64,000 nucleotides of DNA from Tubulanus polymorphus. Lineage: Eukaryota; Animalia; Nemertea. The first letter of the stretch is position 1; each line of letters starts with the position of its first letter. Below are positions 42,601 to 57,600 of this stretch, in pieces. The position numbers and the translations under genes are program-made. The stretch is taken from NCBI RefSeq assembly GCF_964204645.1, contig NC_134026.1:1325950-1389949 (forward strand), read 5' to 3'. The notes beneath the pieces were generated by a model. That model saw only the letters and a list, made by a program, of their open reading frames with translations, did no database searches and was not told the DNA's origin.

Positions 42601-45600
42601 AAGTGGCTTCTCAGTTGTGCTCTGAGTTCCTGGATTTTGGCGAAGTACGGCTCGATTCGGTAAGTGACGAAATCGAAGTTATCATCAAGATAATTAACGA
42701 CGGTATCCTTGTAGTTCTGAAACAGAAAATAAAATGGGCATAAAACATTGAATCAATGTAAGAACCAAATCTTAACTTCATCAACCTAGCGTTGTAATGA
42801 ATTAATTACCTGTGCTTTTTCCATGAACTGTTGATATTGATGATTGGCCTTCTGTGAAGCGACCAGATACTGGCGGATGGCGGCATAAGCGTATTTCTGC
42901 CAGGCCGGACGGAATCGTAAGACGACGTCAACGATGTAGTCTCGAACATCAGCCATAATCTCATCCATGCGACGGGCGTATACGGCTAGTTTCAAGCTGT
43001 ATGCTCGTCGAACAGATTCCATTTGGCGACGGATCTGGAAGGTGAGTACTTGGATGTGGTTAGACATCGATTCGTAAGCATTCGACGCTGTTTCGTAGAT
43101 ATCACGCATGAAGAAGTGGTTGTTTTCGTACATCTGCTTGAATTCGCTGGCGATCACGTCACCATCTTCTTTGAAGGAGGCCAACTCAGAAGACAGGTAT
43201 TCACGAGCTTCGGTCATATCGGGCAGATTATTGCGCATGTAATAGCTACGCACTCGCATTTCATCTTTAACACCTCGCGTGATTTCGTTCATCATTTCAG
43301 TTGTTTCGGAATGAGCTTCGTTAATTTTTTCTTTTGCGAAAGTCTGAAAAAGGAAATGTTTCGTTTATTTACCACAAACAGTCATTCGAATGAACGGCTC
43401 AAAACAATTTACATAAATCCATTGGAATAAACTCAGAAACACTTACGGTCAAATCGGTAATCATTTGCTGATTCCAGTGAACCCTAGAGTGGAACAGACG
43501 CGATGTGTTTCTGGTGATAGCGAAAAGTCCATCAGTTGTTTTCAATCCGTTTATGTGTCTGTAAAGCTCTAACTTCAATTCATTGTTGTTGAGTTTGGCA
43601 TAAGTATGGATCATGTTTTCACGATTGGCTAAAAGAATGTATTTCATTAATACTATTAGATTTTACTGAAATTAGATAGATGATGCACATTCCATATCGA
43701 TACTTACCACTGTCTCGAAGACGAAGGTCAACTGAGGGTTTGTCAGTGTTGATTTCAACTTCAGTGTTCATCTTCTTTTCGCCGTTGATCAGGTTGGCAA
43801 TGTCGAATCGGTAACCGTGTTGGAGAACCTTCATTTCGCCAGCCATATCAAACGATTTCAGCGGCGTGTGTAACTATGATATAATGGAACATTTGATATA
43901 TCAAGTATGTACATGATGTGACAACGGTATAAATTCGTTGAATATTCAAATATGAAACTTACGTGCAAGTTCATGGTTTTCTTGATCTTGTCAATTTCGC
44001 CCATAAGGAATATATTCTTCTGGACTCGTCGAGCGGTCAAGTATTTCATTTCGGTACCGGCTGAAACTTTGTTTTCACTGCGGCCGATGTGCGAGTTGAG
44101 TTCCATATCGATCAGACTCTTCGGATGCGATACATGCATCGACATCGTGTAGTTATTTGCAGTTCCACGGGCGATCTTGTTCAGTTTTCCAGATACGACA
44201 AGTTTAGCACTTGGATCCATCGAGTATTCGACTTCGGTTTTACCAGAGTAGACGAAGTTATTTCGGTTCAGCGTCAACTCTCCTCGGACCGTCAAATCCT
44301 GTAATTTTAAAGTTAAATTAGACCTTTCGTAGCTGGGAATAAGTTGTTAAAAACATAGTAAATAACCACAAAAGCTTACCTTCGACATTTTCGGGTGATT
44401 GAATGTCACTTCGAGTTTGTGAGATAGACCATAGTTTTCGTAAATGGTTTTGATTCCCATCTTCTTATTTTCGTTACGGCTGGCATCCCACAAAAGTTGC
44501 ACCTCACTGACGAATCGACGGCCGTTGTCATTGTGGTTGAACACTGTTTTCATGGTTCGAACTGGTGAACTCAATATAAGGTCTGCTTCCCACTGTCTCT
44601 GGTAGCTTCTCGATCGATCGCGGAAGGTCATTCCGTACGATACTTTCTTACCACGGGCCTGGTCCCAGATTAATTCGGTCTTGTGGACGCTTTGGTATTT
44701 CGATGATTCCAGAGTTGTGGTCACGGCACTAGTTCTCCATGGTAGAGTGACTTTGATGATTCCATCGTGCTTAGTACGGTAGTAGTTCGATGAGTCTTTA
44801 TACTGTGCCAGAATCTCGACAGTTCTATCAGCGGCAGTAGTGTCCCAGTTGACCTTTGCTTGTGCACTCTTTTCAGCATTTGTGGCAACGATTTTCACGG
44901 TAACCTCAAGTGGATGTGGAGCTACCATTTTAGTATTACCAGTGAATCCTGTCGTTGTGATTTCACCTTCAATTGATGTTTCAACGTAGACCTCATTGTT
45001 TACCGCCAATCTCAGCGAATTCTTCGCATTATTGGTGCCATGGTTGTGCTTGGAGTTGATGTTGATATTTCTTACAGCTTCAAAAGGAGTAACAACATGT
45101 ATTTGTGCGTCGTACTTCAAATCACTGATGCTGTTATATGTGAATTCTCCTGAGATGGAACCTTCGATGGTTTTGTATGGTGCCCATGATACACTACCCT
45201 CGTAGCCGCTATTGATCTTGTTGAATCGTGCGTTTGCCACTTGGAATTTGTAGAATGGACTTTTCAAAGTGATGAGTCCCTCTTCTCCGTGTTTGTATGT
45301 TACCTGAAGAGCAGTATCTTCTTTGCCTGTCATTTGCAGATTAGCTCTCGACCTGAATTCGGTGATTCCACCTTGGTGACGAACAGTGACTGCGGTTTCC
45401 TCCCAGCCACTGAATGATGTTTTCACATTCATGTTGGAAATCAGATTGCGGCGAGACTTCGAGAAGTCAATGCGACCAGATACTGTATGTTCATTACATT
45501 TGACGGCAGCTTCAGTTGTGAAATGCTTCCACGGTCCTTGGTGGTTGAAGTTCATGACAATCTTGCGATCAGAGAACAACAAGGTAAGTTTTCCAGTGGT

Positions 45601-48600
45601 GGCACTTGCGTGGTTGAATTCAACATCAGCTTTCACGTTGTCAATAACGAGTGCGGTCACGAATGATCTCAGATGACCTTTGTGATTGACGCTCACAAGG
45701 ACTGGCCGCTTCAACACGGATGATTCAATTGTACCAGATACCTGCAGGTTGTTTAGGCTTTCTATGTCGTACTTAGCATCAACCTTGATGAAATGAGAAT
45801 TGTAGTACATCTTCACGAGTCCGTTGGATTTTTTCAGTTGTCCTTGACCTCCGACGTAGATGCCAGCTCGTTTGATGATTTCAAATGGTGTTTGAAAGTC
45901 GATGTGTCCCACAACAGAAGAATCTTTGGATACCTTGACCAAAGCGACAATATCTCCAACCTTCAGGTTAACGTATACCATGTTGTTGTTGATTGAGTGT
46001 CGGTAAGTAACTCCGGTCTTTTGCAAGTATGGGCATGGTGATGTGAGCTGGAAGTCAATGGTTACTTGCTTGGCATCATCGGCAAATACATTAACTGTTG
46101 CACCGATTACTTTATTGGTAGCGTATTTCAATTTCAGGTTTGTTGCAAATCTGTTGATAGGTCCGGTGTGTGTGAAACCAGCGTAGAGCTCTTCAAATCC
46201 AGCGAATGGTGTCGTTGTTAGCAGAGATCCAGAATAGCCGTTTTCAGTAGAGAAGTCTAGCTGGGAGCGAATAACTTTGCCATTGCCGTATTTGAGTGTT
46301 ACTGCACCCATTTCTTCAGACTTGGTGGCATCGAATTTGACATCCAATGTGGTTTCGGGAGCCGAGTTGAATGGCGAAAATACGGAGACTGTTACTTCAG
46401 CTCTATTTGGCTTCAGCATCATCTGGAATCGGCCATCAATACGACGTCCAGTCTTGTATTGAACGGATGAACGGCATTTTAAGTTTGTTAATGGTCCTTG
46501 GCTGCTAAACGTTGCAGAAACAGTCTCAAATCCCTGGAATGGCGTTTTCACTTCAGCAGTGATGGTCAATGGTGACTTATTAAACTGTCCAGTGGCACTG
46601 ATTCGTTTGCCAGCTTGATACTGAACGTATGCGTCAATCTTTGAGCCATCAAACTTGGAATATGCGGCAAGGGATTCAAATCCGGTAAAAGGAGTTCTTG
46701 CTGTAATCTTTACTTCTCGTGGTTGGTAGTTAATGTCAGCAGAAATGCGTTTACCAGTCATGAATTCGACGTTACAAACAGCTTGGAATCTACTCAAGTC
46801 ACCAGTCAATCTGTAGAAAATTGCCATTCTTTCGAATCCTGCAACAGGGGTCTTAATTCTTAGATTCGCCTCAGTCAGACTGAAAGCCAGCTCAGCTTGG
46901 ACTAAGACGTTGCTTCTGAATTTCATCATGGCATTGGCCTTGAAGTTAGACGGACTACCCAGAACATTATGGATGACTTCCACATCTCCGAAACCATTGA
47001 TTGGTGTCTTGAATTTCAGAACTGATTGCCTTGGTGAGAATGACAGTTCGAACTCAGTTCTACCTAATCTTCTAGTTTGGACTGATCCAGACGTTTTGAA
47101 GTTGGTTGGTACGCCATCGTGATTGAACTGGATCTCGACGTGTTCGAAACCATAATAGGGTGTGGTAAGAGTCATCTTTCCGAATATTGATGGTTGGGCT
47201 TTGAAGGCGATGTTTACTTCGGTGACAGTTCGTCGGTTGTTGATCAATAATGCAATCACGTTGAAGTTGTTAAGTTCACCTTCGAACCTTCCACTGGCAA
47301 CAATCGTTTCATAGCCACTGTGCGGTGTGTTTACGGTAAGTTTGAAGTTGCTTGGTGTAAACAGGAGGCGACCATTGTACATTCTACGCCCTGCTTTGAT
47401 TGTCGAATGAACATTGAAATTTGTAGCCATTCCAGTGAACTCGTACTCGACTCCGATGGTTTCATAGCCATTGAATGGTGTATTGATATTGAGTTGGGAC
47501 TTCTTCGGGCTAAATTCAAGCAGTGCAGATAAGGTTCTGCGCATGCAGCTCATCGTGACTGTTGTCCTGAAGTTGGTGGCGTATCCCGTGTGTTCGTACT
47601 TGATCGTGTTATACTGATAGCCATGGAAAGGTGTTTTCAGAGACAGTTCAGCAGCTGTTGGAGTGAAGTCCAAAGTTGCTTCAATTTGTTTTCCGATCTT
47701 ATATTTCAGTAATACGTTCGTCTTGAAATGATTGAAATCTCCCTGGTGGTCGAATCTTGCGCTCATTGCCTCATATCCGTAGAATGGTGTTTTGACGGAG
47801 ATGCTGCCACTCGGAGATCGTACGTTTGAGAATACAACCAATGTCTCAATTTTCTGGCCAGTCATGTATTCAACATTCAAAGACGATGAGAACTGGTTTG
47901 CTCGACCGCCGTGTTTGAACGATGCTTGAATCTTCTCAAATCTGTAAAATGGTGTTTCTACTTCGATCAAACCAGACAATGTGTCTTTCATTTCTAATTT
48001 GGCATGTACGTTGAAGTTCTTGTTGAAGCCGTACTTAACTTTAGTCGTCACGTCGATTGTGTCTTGTTCAATTTGGTGCTTGTAAGAAGTCTTGATTTCG
48101 GAAGACATCGCTGTGAATGGATGTTTCAAAGTGATATCGGCTTCGACATTCGTGTACTGATCATCGTGAGTGAAGATACCGCTTGCAGTTATGAGTTTTC
48201 CAGTCATATATTGTACTGATGCTGATGCCATTTTTCGAACTGGATAGTGGGAAGCTCTGACATACAATTCTTCGAACTGGATGAATGGTGTTTTCACTGT
48301 CAGGTCGAGTGTGAATGGTTTCTTCGTGAATGTGAGCTCGCCGCTCACTTCCTTACCACGGCCCACCAATTTCGTTGTTATGTGGAGTCCATATCTGTCT
48401 CCTCGGCTTGCGAATGACAACGAAGCATCAGAGATCATTGGTGTTTTCGCATCAATCTTCAGTTCTAAATCATTGAGACCGTTATTCTTGAAGGTCATCG
48501 AGGCTTCAATGCGTTTACCAGTTTGGTATTGAACAGTTGCCCTACAGGTTCCTCTTGATGCATCATGTTGTTGATGGTCGTAGGTGAAAGAAAGCTCTTC

Positions 48601-51600
48601 ATATTTGCTAAATGGCGTGTTCACTACAACTCTGACTTCAGCTGGGTTGCGTTTGAAATTCAGATTACCGATGATTGCCTTTCCATTTTTGGTTAACTTC
48701 GCATTAACTTCGAGGTTAGACAGATCACCTTGGTGCTTGTAGGTAAGTGAACTTGTTCGCATCTGGCTGAATGGAGTTTTGCTGTCAATTGTCAGTTCAA
48801 CTCGGCGCATGTCCATGTTCAAGAATGTAATTGTGGATTCGATCGATTTCTCACCGTACTCAACGCGGGCGTTTGTCGAAAAACGATTCATCTTTCCATT
48901 ATGATTGACTGTTAGTGACATCTTCTCGTATCCGACAAATGGCGTTGCAATCTTCAGGGAGGTCTCGAAGTTTGGTGTAAGTTTGATCAGGAGATCAGTT
49001 GATACCTTCTGGTGCATCAACGACTGTTCGGTATGCATGGTGAAGCTGTTATCCTCGAGAGTATGCTTGTATGTAAGTTTCAGGTTCTTTACATACTTGC
49101 ACGGCGATTTCATTGCAATCGTTGTTTCGACCTTCTTCATCGAGTATGCAGTGTGTGCAACTTCCAGTTCAATCTTCTTGTTGGTCATGTATTTAATACC
49201 GATATTGGTATTGAACCGACTCAAGTCTCCTCTGTGGTTTACGGCTAATCTCAGACGTTCGTAGCCAGCAAATGGAGTCTTTACGACTAATCTGACATCT
49301 ACTTCATTATCGAGTTTGACTGTGAGTTCTCCATCAACCGTCTTGCCATTATTCTGAACTAAGGCATTGCATTTGAAGCTGTTACCGCTTAGTGCTTGGT
49401 GATTGTAGCTTATCTTCGTCATTTTCATCCACGGACATGGGGTCTTCATCGTCAGATCGAACCTCAACGTAGAGAAATCAACGCGACTGAATCCAACGGT
49501 AGCTTCGATTCTTTTGCCATTCTTATACTGAATGGTAACCGTTGTGTCGAATCTGGTCATATCTCCGCTATGTTTCACGTAGTAGTACATGTTCTCGTAG
49601 CCGACAAACGGTGTCCTGATGGTAAGTTGTACTTCTTTGTTCGATTCCAGTCGGTGTGTGTAACTCAGTGAAATGTCTCTGTTGTATGCAGACATAAATA
49701 GATCAGTCTTGGCATTCGTGGCATCGTGCGTGTGCGTCAAAGTGAAACCGGTCTTCTCCCAATTTCTGAATGGAGTTGTCAGATAAACTTTGGCGGAGAT
49801 CGTTGGGAAGCTGCTGAACTCTGACTTCAATGAAATCGTCTTTCCAGATTTGAAGAGGTTGATCTCGTTTGTGAAACGACTAGCTTTTCCTTGGTGGTCG
49901 TAAGCAAAGCCAATTTCTTCATAACCAGCAATTGGTGTTTTAATCGCAAAGCGTCCTTTTACTGGTTGGAGAGTTGCAGTTGCTTCGTATTTGCCGAATG
50001 CTCGCGACTCGTATGATACGACTGACTGTATATCGTTATCTAACGTACGATGATTGAAGTTGAGCTTCATGGTATCAAATGATGAGGTGAATGTTATTTC
50101 GCCGTTCATGTCGTTCAATCGTGTTAAAGACATCTCGCTGCTAAGGCGCATCGTATTCTGGTTGTAAGTATATGTCATCACGGTGGAATAGCGGCGATAT
50201 CCTCTGTTTTGGTTCTTGATCGTGAATTCTATTCGCTCAACAGAACACGGTGGGTTTACCAGCAGTTTCATGTCAAGTGGAGTTTTGAAATCCAATTCGG
50301 CCTTCATGGGTTTTGGTAACATGCCGTGTGACAGAGAAGCTTTGGTGTTGAAAACTGAAGCATCACCAGAGAAGACAAAATGAAGACGGACGTTCTTGGT
50401 GTATCTGCAAGGTCCATTCATGGTGAATGTAGTGCGTACGCCTGAGTTCTTGCTGAAGTCTAATTCAGCCGTCAACGGTTCAGTCATGGAATGTTTCATC
50501 GATAGTTTTGTGTTGAATGATGAAGCATCTCCAGAGAAGTCAAAGTGAAGACGGACGTTCTTGGTGTATCTGCAAGGTCCATTCATGGTGAATGTAGTGC
50601 GTACGCCGGAGTTCTTGCTGAAGTCTAGTTCAGCCGTCAACGGTTCAGTCATGGAGTGTTTCATCGATAGTTTTGTGTTGAATGATGAAGCATCTCCAGA
50701 GAAGTCGTACTCGACGCGGACATTCTTCACCCATCTGCAAGGTCCATTGAGAGTCATCACGTAATGTACACCGGATTCCAATTTAAGCTGGCTTTTGATG
50801 GCCACATACTCGGCTCCATTTGTGAGGATACTGAATGTGGTTGCCTTCGTTGTTGCTGTCGAGCTGTGGAGAATATTTGCAGAAATGTCCCTGACAAATA
50901 TTCCATTTAATTTCAAGGAACCTTCAAGAGGAGCTTTGAAGTTGACTTCCATCATCATTGGCTTGCTTAACATGTTATGTGACATGGATAATTTGGTGTT
51001 GAATGCTGAAGCTTCGCCAGAGAAATCAAATTGGAATCGGACGTTTTTGATGAATCTGCATGGACCATTTACTGTCATAGTATACTGCACACCAGAGCCC
51101 ATTGTAAGCCCGCTAGCAATACGAAGATATTCTTGACCATTAGCATTCACGTTGAAGGTAGTTGTCTTGACTGTGCTCGACATTCTGTGATTGAGATTAG
51201 CAGAGACATCAAACAGTCCGGTTGTTTTCACGGAGCCTTCTGCAAATCTGAATCCCTGTAACTTGAATTTAGTTTCGAGGTTCGCAGTCGTCAATCCTGT
51301 GTATGAGACGGTCATTGAATGAGAGAAATCATCAAGATTGCCTCGGTTTTCCATGCGTATTTTGATAGACTCCAAATGTCGAGTTGGTGATTCGACTGTC
51401 AGTGCAACATCAATATTATCTTGGACATTTACTAGGACAGATACACCGCATCGATTAGAGGAACCTCGAGCGTATTGTATCTTCATGCTCCATTCTGTCT
51501 CAGACAAATCGTGATTGTAAGTGATGACGGTTTTTTGTGGGTAGAGATTGTTAACTTCACTTCTGAAGGTGATATGTCTCAGAGACTTGACGTCTAAAAG

Positions 51601-54600
51601 ACTCTCAGCTTCGACGGAGCCGAATTTGGTTTTGATGATGTTGTTGAACGTAAAACCGTTGCCTTTGTGTTCCATATCAATCATAACGGTTGGGTGAAGT
51701 ACGGAGCTGCTTTTTGCGTAGACCTTCACATCACGGCGGATATCAACATTCATCAGAAACTCGCTGTGTTGTTGGTTGTTGAATTTGATGCGCTGTTCGG
51801 TGTTGTAGAATCCCAGGCCGCTGCTTTGGTCGATTGTATAAGTCCACATCTTGCCATACACGCCAGTTTCAATTGACCCTTTCATGGTTCGTCCTTGAGA
51901 GGAAGAACTGACGGTACTGACGCTATCGAATCTTCTACCGTCCATGTTGAATTTAACGCTGTTGTCGTAGTTCCAGAAGTCACCATTATGATTAATTGAC
52001 AACATGGTTCTTCTCATGTTGGTGAATGGAGTGTTCAGAGTGAGGTCCATTTTCATGTTTTGTCCTAACTTCAGGCCACTTCTTAATTGAATTCTTCGGC
52101 CAGGTGTATAGTCGAAATCAACTGTTGAAGTCCATTCATCACCTCTCTTACTATGGTCAATGACGAATGCAACATGTTCCCAATCTCGAATGGGACTGGT
52201 CAATTTCAGATGTCCGTTGATCAACTTGAATGAGCGAACCTTCAACTGGCTATCAAGGCGTACCCGAGCGTAGTAAACATCGTATTCAAAGAGGAATTTG
52301 TGGTCGAATTCGGTCAATGATCCATCGTGTTTAAATTCGAATGACAAAGATCTCAGGAGGGTCGTCGGCGTCTTGACATCAACATTCATTTCAATGACAT
52401 CAGTGAATTGGAATTTGGAGTTATATTGCCATTTTCCGCTGGGGGTTTGAGCTACTAGACTTGTTGCCCAGAGTGAATTCTGCTTTCCATGATCAAATGT
52501 GACGGATACTGGTGCACTTGTCCATGGAGTGTTCACATCAAGGTTTGCATTTATGGATCGGAAGCTGTTTATCATGAAGTGACCCGTAATTGATGCCTTC
52601 TCTGCTGTGGTGTCAACTGTCAGCTCAGCATTTGCGGTCAGATATGGGAAAGATCCGCGTTTATTCAAGCTTGCTTTCACTTCCTTCACCCATGGGCACT
52701 TCAGAGTAAAGCTCATCTTATCTCCGACGTTAAGCGTGGCTTCAACATCATACTTTTTATTGAGGGATGTGAGTTCAGCACGGAATGTATGTACATCACC
52801 TTCTCTCTGGTATGTATTTCTGAGTGATGCATCACGGAGACTGGAGAATGGAGTTGTAAGATGTCCACTAGCAACGATTCTTCTCAATCCATGGATTTCG
52901 AAAGATCCCGAGGCAGCGATCTTTCCAGCTGTGGTTTGTGTTTCGGCAGTCAACGAGCAAACTGTTTCTGGGAAGTTACCAGTATGGCTGATGGTCAAGG
53001 CAGAATACTTCATTTGTTCAAATGGTGTTTTCATCACGAAAGACATTTTCAAGTCGGATATCGTATCAACAGTGAGTCTGGCTTCGAATTTGTTGTTCGT
53101 AGATACAGGGTTGAATTCAAATCCAGTTGTGATTTGTCCAGCGTTGTATTTGTGGATGAAGGATGTGTCATAACTGACAAAGTTTGATCTCACCCTTGAA
53201 GATGCTTTCATGTCAGTAACGCCATCGTAGATGACCTTATTAGAGACAGTCAGATGTTGACCATTTACAGTGACGTCCAGGTTGTGGGTATTGGTAAACA
53301 GATGTCGACTTCCAGCATGGTTGAATCCGATCGCAACACTTCTAAGTACTTCAAATGGAGTTTGGACATTGAATGTGCCACTTACACCTGTAGAGCGACA
53401 TGTCAGCTTCGAAAACATGGTGATGGTTTTTTCTTGCGTCCACTGTACAGTCACGCGAGTTGAACGATCGTTGCTCTGTTTCTTATGGCTGATAGTCAAT
53501 CCGAGCTTTTCCCAAGCGGGACTTGAGAAATAGACCGAACCTTCAATCTGGTTGATGTCGCTGAAATCGAGACTAGCATCAACTGCATATCTGTTGTCCC
53601 CATTGATTTGAATTGTGTATGGTGCCGAGTTGAAATGTGTCTTCAGTGTTGCTGAAATCGGTTTGAAGTTGATAAGGCGGGAAAGATCAGCTTTGAAGTT
53701 TCCATTGATGTTCATATTAGCGATACCAACTGCTGCTTCCATGTCGATCAGACGTTCGTTGTTGATAGTTACCAATGCAGTTGTTTCTACATATGACTTT
53801 CCTCTAATCGTAGCCTTCAGATTAGTCTTGACTGGGTTGATATGCGGGCACTGAAGATCAAGATTCAATGCGACGTTGCGTTCAGTTGAAGTGACTTCAT
53901 TTTTGGCATCCATCGCTACGGTGTACTTTCGGCCATCAACAGAGAACTCGTGGTTTGCAACAAGTTCACTGCCCGAAATGACGTGCTTCCATGTAGATGA
54001 AATTTCTCGCAGTTTGAATGGAGTTTTTACGTGGAATGTACCTTCGTTGTTGATTTGGTAGCCGGAACGTCGGTGATTAACCATGACGCTGGTTGTGATC
54101 TGGCTCTGTGGATTCCATCGTGCGTCTGCACTGGCGGTGTACATCACGCCGTCATCGCTGTATTTGATGCTCATGCCAATGTCTTCCATTCTGTTGAACG
54201 GGGATTTCATTCGGATGGTTCCTTCGATGTCACGCTTGTAATAGTTTCCATTATTCTTGGCAACTATTTCGTATTCGACCACTTTACCATTAAGGTTACC
54301 GTGAGCTTTGCTGTTCAGTAATTTGCCGTTTATTTCGTGTGTCAATCGAATGTCAAAAACTTCAACACTGGTGAATGGTGTCTTCAGTTGGAAGTGGCCA
54401 TCAACTTTCATCAAGCTTTCTGGACGCATGACTGCGTAGACTGAAATCTTCTCCGTTGGGCTCCAAACTAATTCTGCTCGGTTGGTTAGCTGGCTCTCAG
54501 ATAGGTGATGATAGAACGTCACTCCGAGATTTTCCAGGTACTTGATGGGCAGTTGTATTTTTGCAGATCCTTCGATCGCATTTGCAGTCTTGAGCATCAT

Positions 54601-57600
54601 TTCACCGTGTATCGTCTTATCCTGGACAGTACCAGAGATGATAGTGCTCAGGTGATGGTTTTGTCTGACGTGTTTCAATCGAAGGTTGATCAATCTGCAG
54701 ATTTCGAATGGTGTGCGAGTTGTGAATCTTCCTTCGAAGTTGTTTGCGCGTTCAGCGTTGATGAACATTTCCGATGTAATTTTCTGTTCGTTGAAGACCA
54801 GTTCACCTTGTGTTGTGTACTGCTTGCCGCGGCTATCGTGGGAGAAACTGCCTCCAATTCTTTTCGCATATTTAAACGGAGATGTGAATTGAATGCCACC
54901 GTTGACTGAATTCCATCCACGGCTAGTAGTGAAGTGGGTAGTGAGTACCATCTTGGATTGTCGGTCCCATTGTAATTCACCAGCCGTCTTAAAGTTGGAT
55001 CCAGTTATCTGTACGGATGCTTTTCCCGTCAATTGTTTGCCCGGAATTCTGAGGGTGAATCGAGCAGCATGTTGAGTGTTTGTCGGGTACTTGTATTCAA
55101 CATCGAATACCATGGCTTTCGAAGTATCGCGGTCTGCGTCCCATTTGGCATCGAATTTTGCTCCGAGTTCACCGTCGGTGCGTTTAGCAGCGATGGCACC
55201 AGTGACTCGACGGCCTGGATACTTAACATCAACATTACCATTTACGTTTACTTGCGTCGAATCGAAAAGGGCAGAATAAGCAGCTGTAATGCGGTAGACT
55301 TTCTCTGCGAATTCAGTTGAGGCAGCGAGGCTCATATCGTTCAGAGTTGGCTTGACATCTACGTTTACGATAATCGGGCTCATATCGGGGATGATGACTT
55401 TGCCTCCGGCGATATGGCGTTCGGCATCTTGTTTGTAGAATGCGTTGGCGCTGTAGTCTTTACCCTGGTATGACACGCTGCCGGTAGCACTGAAGTCTCG
55501 CAGATTCATGTTGGTTTGGGCGTTGAGGCTGATCGGCATTGAGTCTGGCATTCGAACATCGACGTTCAGAGTATGTTGACCTGCTTCGCGTTTGTACATG
55601 CTTCGGCTGCTCATGATCTTGTCTCGTGCGCCTTGGAGAATCATCTCGTGGTGATATTCGTTGTATTGACGTTCTTCCAGCAGTTGGTAGAAACGCATAT
55701 CTCTCGAAGGAATTTTCAGGGTGATGTCGGCGGTGTATTTTCGGAGGTCGGTGCTCTGGTCTAATAGACTCATGTCAAAGTTGATCATCTCACGCTGTCC
55801 GTTGTTGACTTTCGCCGTAGTTTTTACAACGTTCGGTTCGTGGTTGTGATACAGTTTCATGTCCCAATCATATTTCTAAAAACAGAAGGTAAAATTCATT
55901 ATCATCAAATTACACGGCAAAAATGACACTTGTTGCAATCAACAAATCGAATTTAGTTCCAGCGATTTTTCTAGATCTATCAACTTACCATCATTGGGTA
56001 CTTGAATTTCATGGATGTGTCCAGGTTAAATTTGCCATTTTCATCGCCATATTTAAAGATTCCGGATGCATCGATTTTCTTCAGTTGGTTGCTGGGATCG
56101 CTGCCGTAGGTAATGCCGATATTGCCTTCAGCGTGTCCTGCAGTTTTCTGTACCTCGACTCTGGTCGCGAAACTGTAGTCTGGGAACTGAGTTGTTTGTA
56201 CAGCGCTGGAAATATATACATATTCACGCTTATAGATTATCAGTTAAGAAACTACCGGAACATAATTCTACAATACAAAATACAAAAGTAACTTACGTGT
56301 CCATCACAATTCGTCGTAGTGAAGGGGTAACATGTTGTCGCATTTTGTAGTTGAGTACTAAGCGATGTTCCGGCTTCCTTCCTTTGCCATAGTCGAGGGC
56401 CAGACGAGATCGGTAGCCGTTATTTTTCTTCTCGACGTAACCTCCAAGTTTAGCGTTTAAAATTCGTGATCTCAATTCCAGATCGGTGTTGTATCTTTCA
56501 CGATTTTGGCGGGATTCTTTCTGGATTGAACCGCGGAAAAGTACTGGATCCCGAAGGACGTTGTTCATGCTGAGATCGATGTCAAGTTTGCGGCCTTCTT
56601 GGTGTTCTAGACCTCCCATGACGGTGATGGTCTTTCGTCCCGGGATACGGATTTCAACGTTCGGTGTGTATTTGCTGAAGCCACTTCCTCGCTGGATGGT
56701 GACGCCGGTAAGAACGGAATACACTTGCTCGTCATCGATTGTAAACCGGAGAGCGGCACGCTTTTCATCTGGATTATTGACGATTTCACCTGAAATATAT
56801 AAGAAGCATCGAATGAATAACAAGTCTTAGGAGTCTAATTCAAATTCGTGTTATTACCACAGGTTCTCTTTACTTACCATTAAGTCCTGCTTTTTTCCAA
56901 GGGGTAATCATGTTGAAATGTATTTTTCTTTCTGCGCGGTTCAATTCAAAGTCTATATCGAATTTTCGGTTGACAGAAGAGCCTGGTGTGTCAAATGCAA
57001 GGCGAGCCACATGGTTGTATTTGGTGTGGTGATTCTTGCGGATCTGTAAATTACAATATTTACATCAGTATCCACATTATTTCGTGCAATACAGAACTCA
57101 TCAATCATTAAATCATAAATCAACATACCTTCTGTGTGAGCATCTTGGCTTCAAATTGATAACTTGTGTGGGCATCAGTCTTTTGCAAGCCGATGCTTAA
57201 TTTGCTGGGTCCGGTAAGTGGGTAGAAGGGTGTCTCGGTTGTCAATGCTTGGCCTGGGTATTGTACATGACCGCAGAGTTCTACTCCCAACACCTTGCTG
57301 AGGCCGGCGCCTGTGCATTTTTCTTTAACTACTGGGTTAGCCGATAACATCTTTTGTTCCCGCTCAGCTTGACGGTGAAGCGTGAAAAACTTTGTTCTAA
57401 AAATGCAAATAATTATCATTGGAATAAGTTATCGTTTTGATAATTTTTTAACCGCATGGGAACGCAAGATCGATGAACACTTACTCAGCATTCAGGATTT
57501 CAACTTTATCTTTAGGAGCATCAAGTTTCAGTTGGACAACCTGGCTATCTTTGATCATAATCTTTCCGGTGACTTCGCTGCTGGTGTGAAGTGTGGAAAC

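Noticed and set aside
44996-55764. Many plus-strand ORFs opposite the giant LLTP exon
   Set aside because: Antisense shadows caused by the codon usage of the real minus-strand exon.
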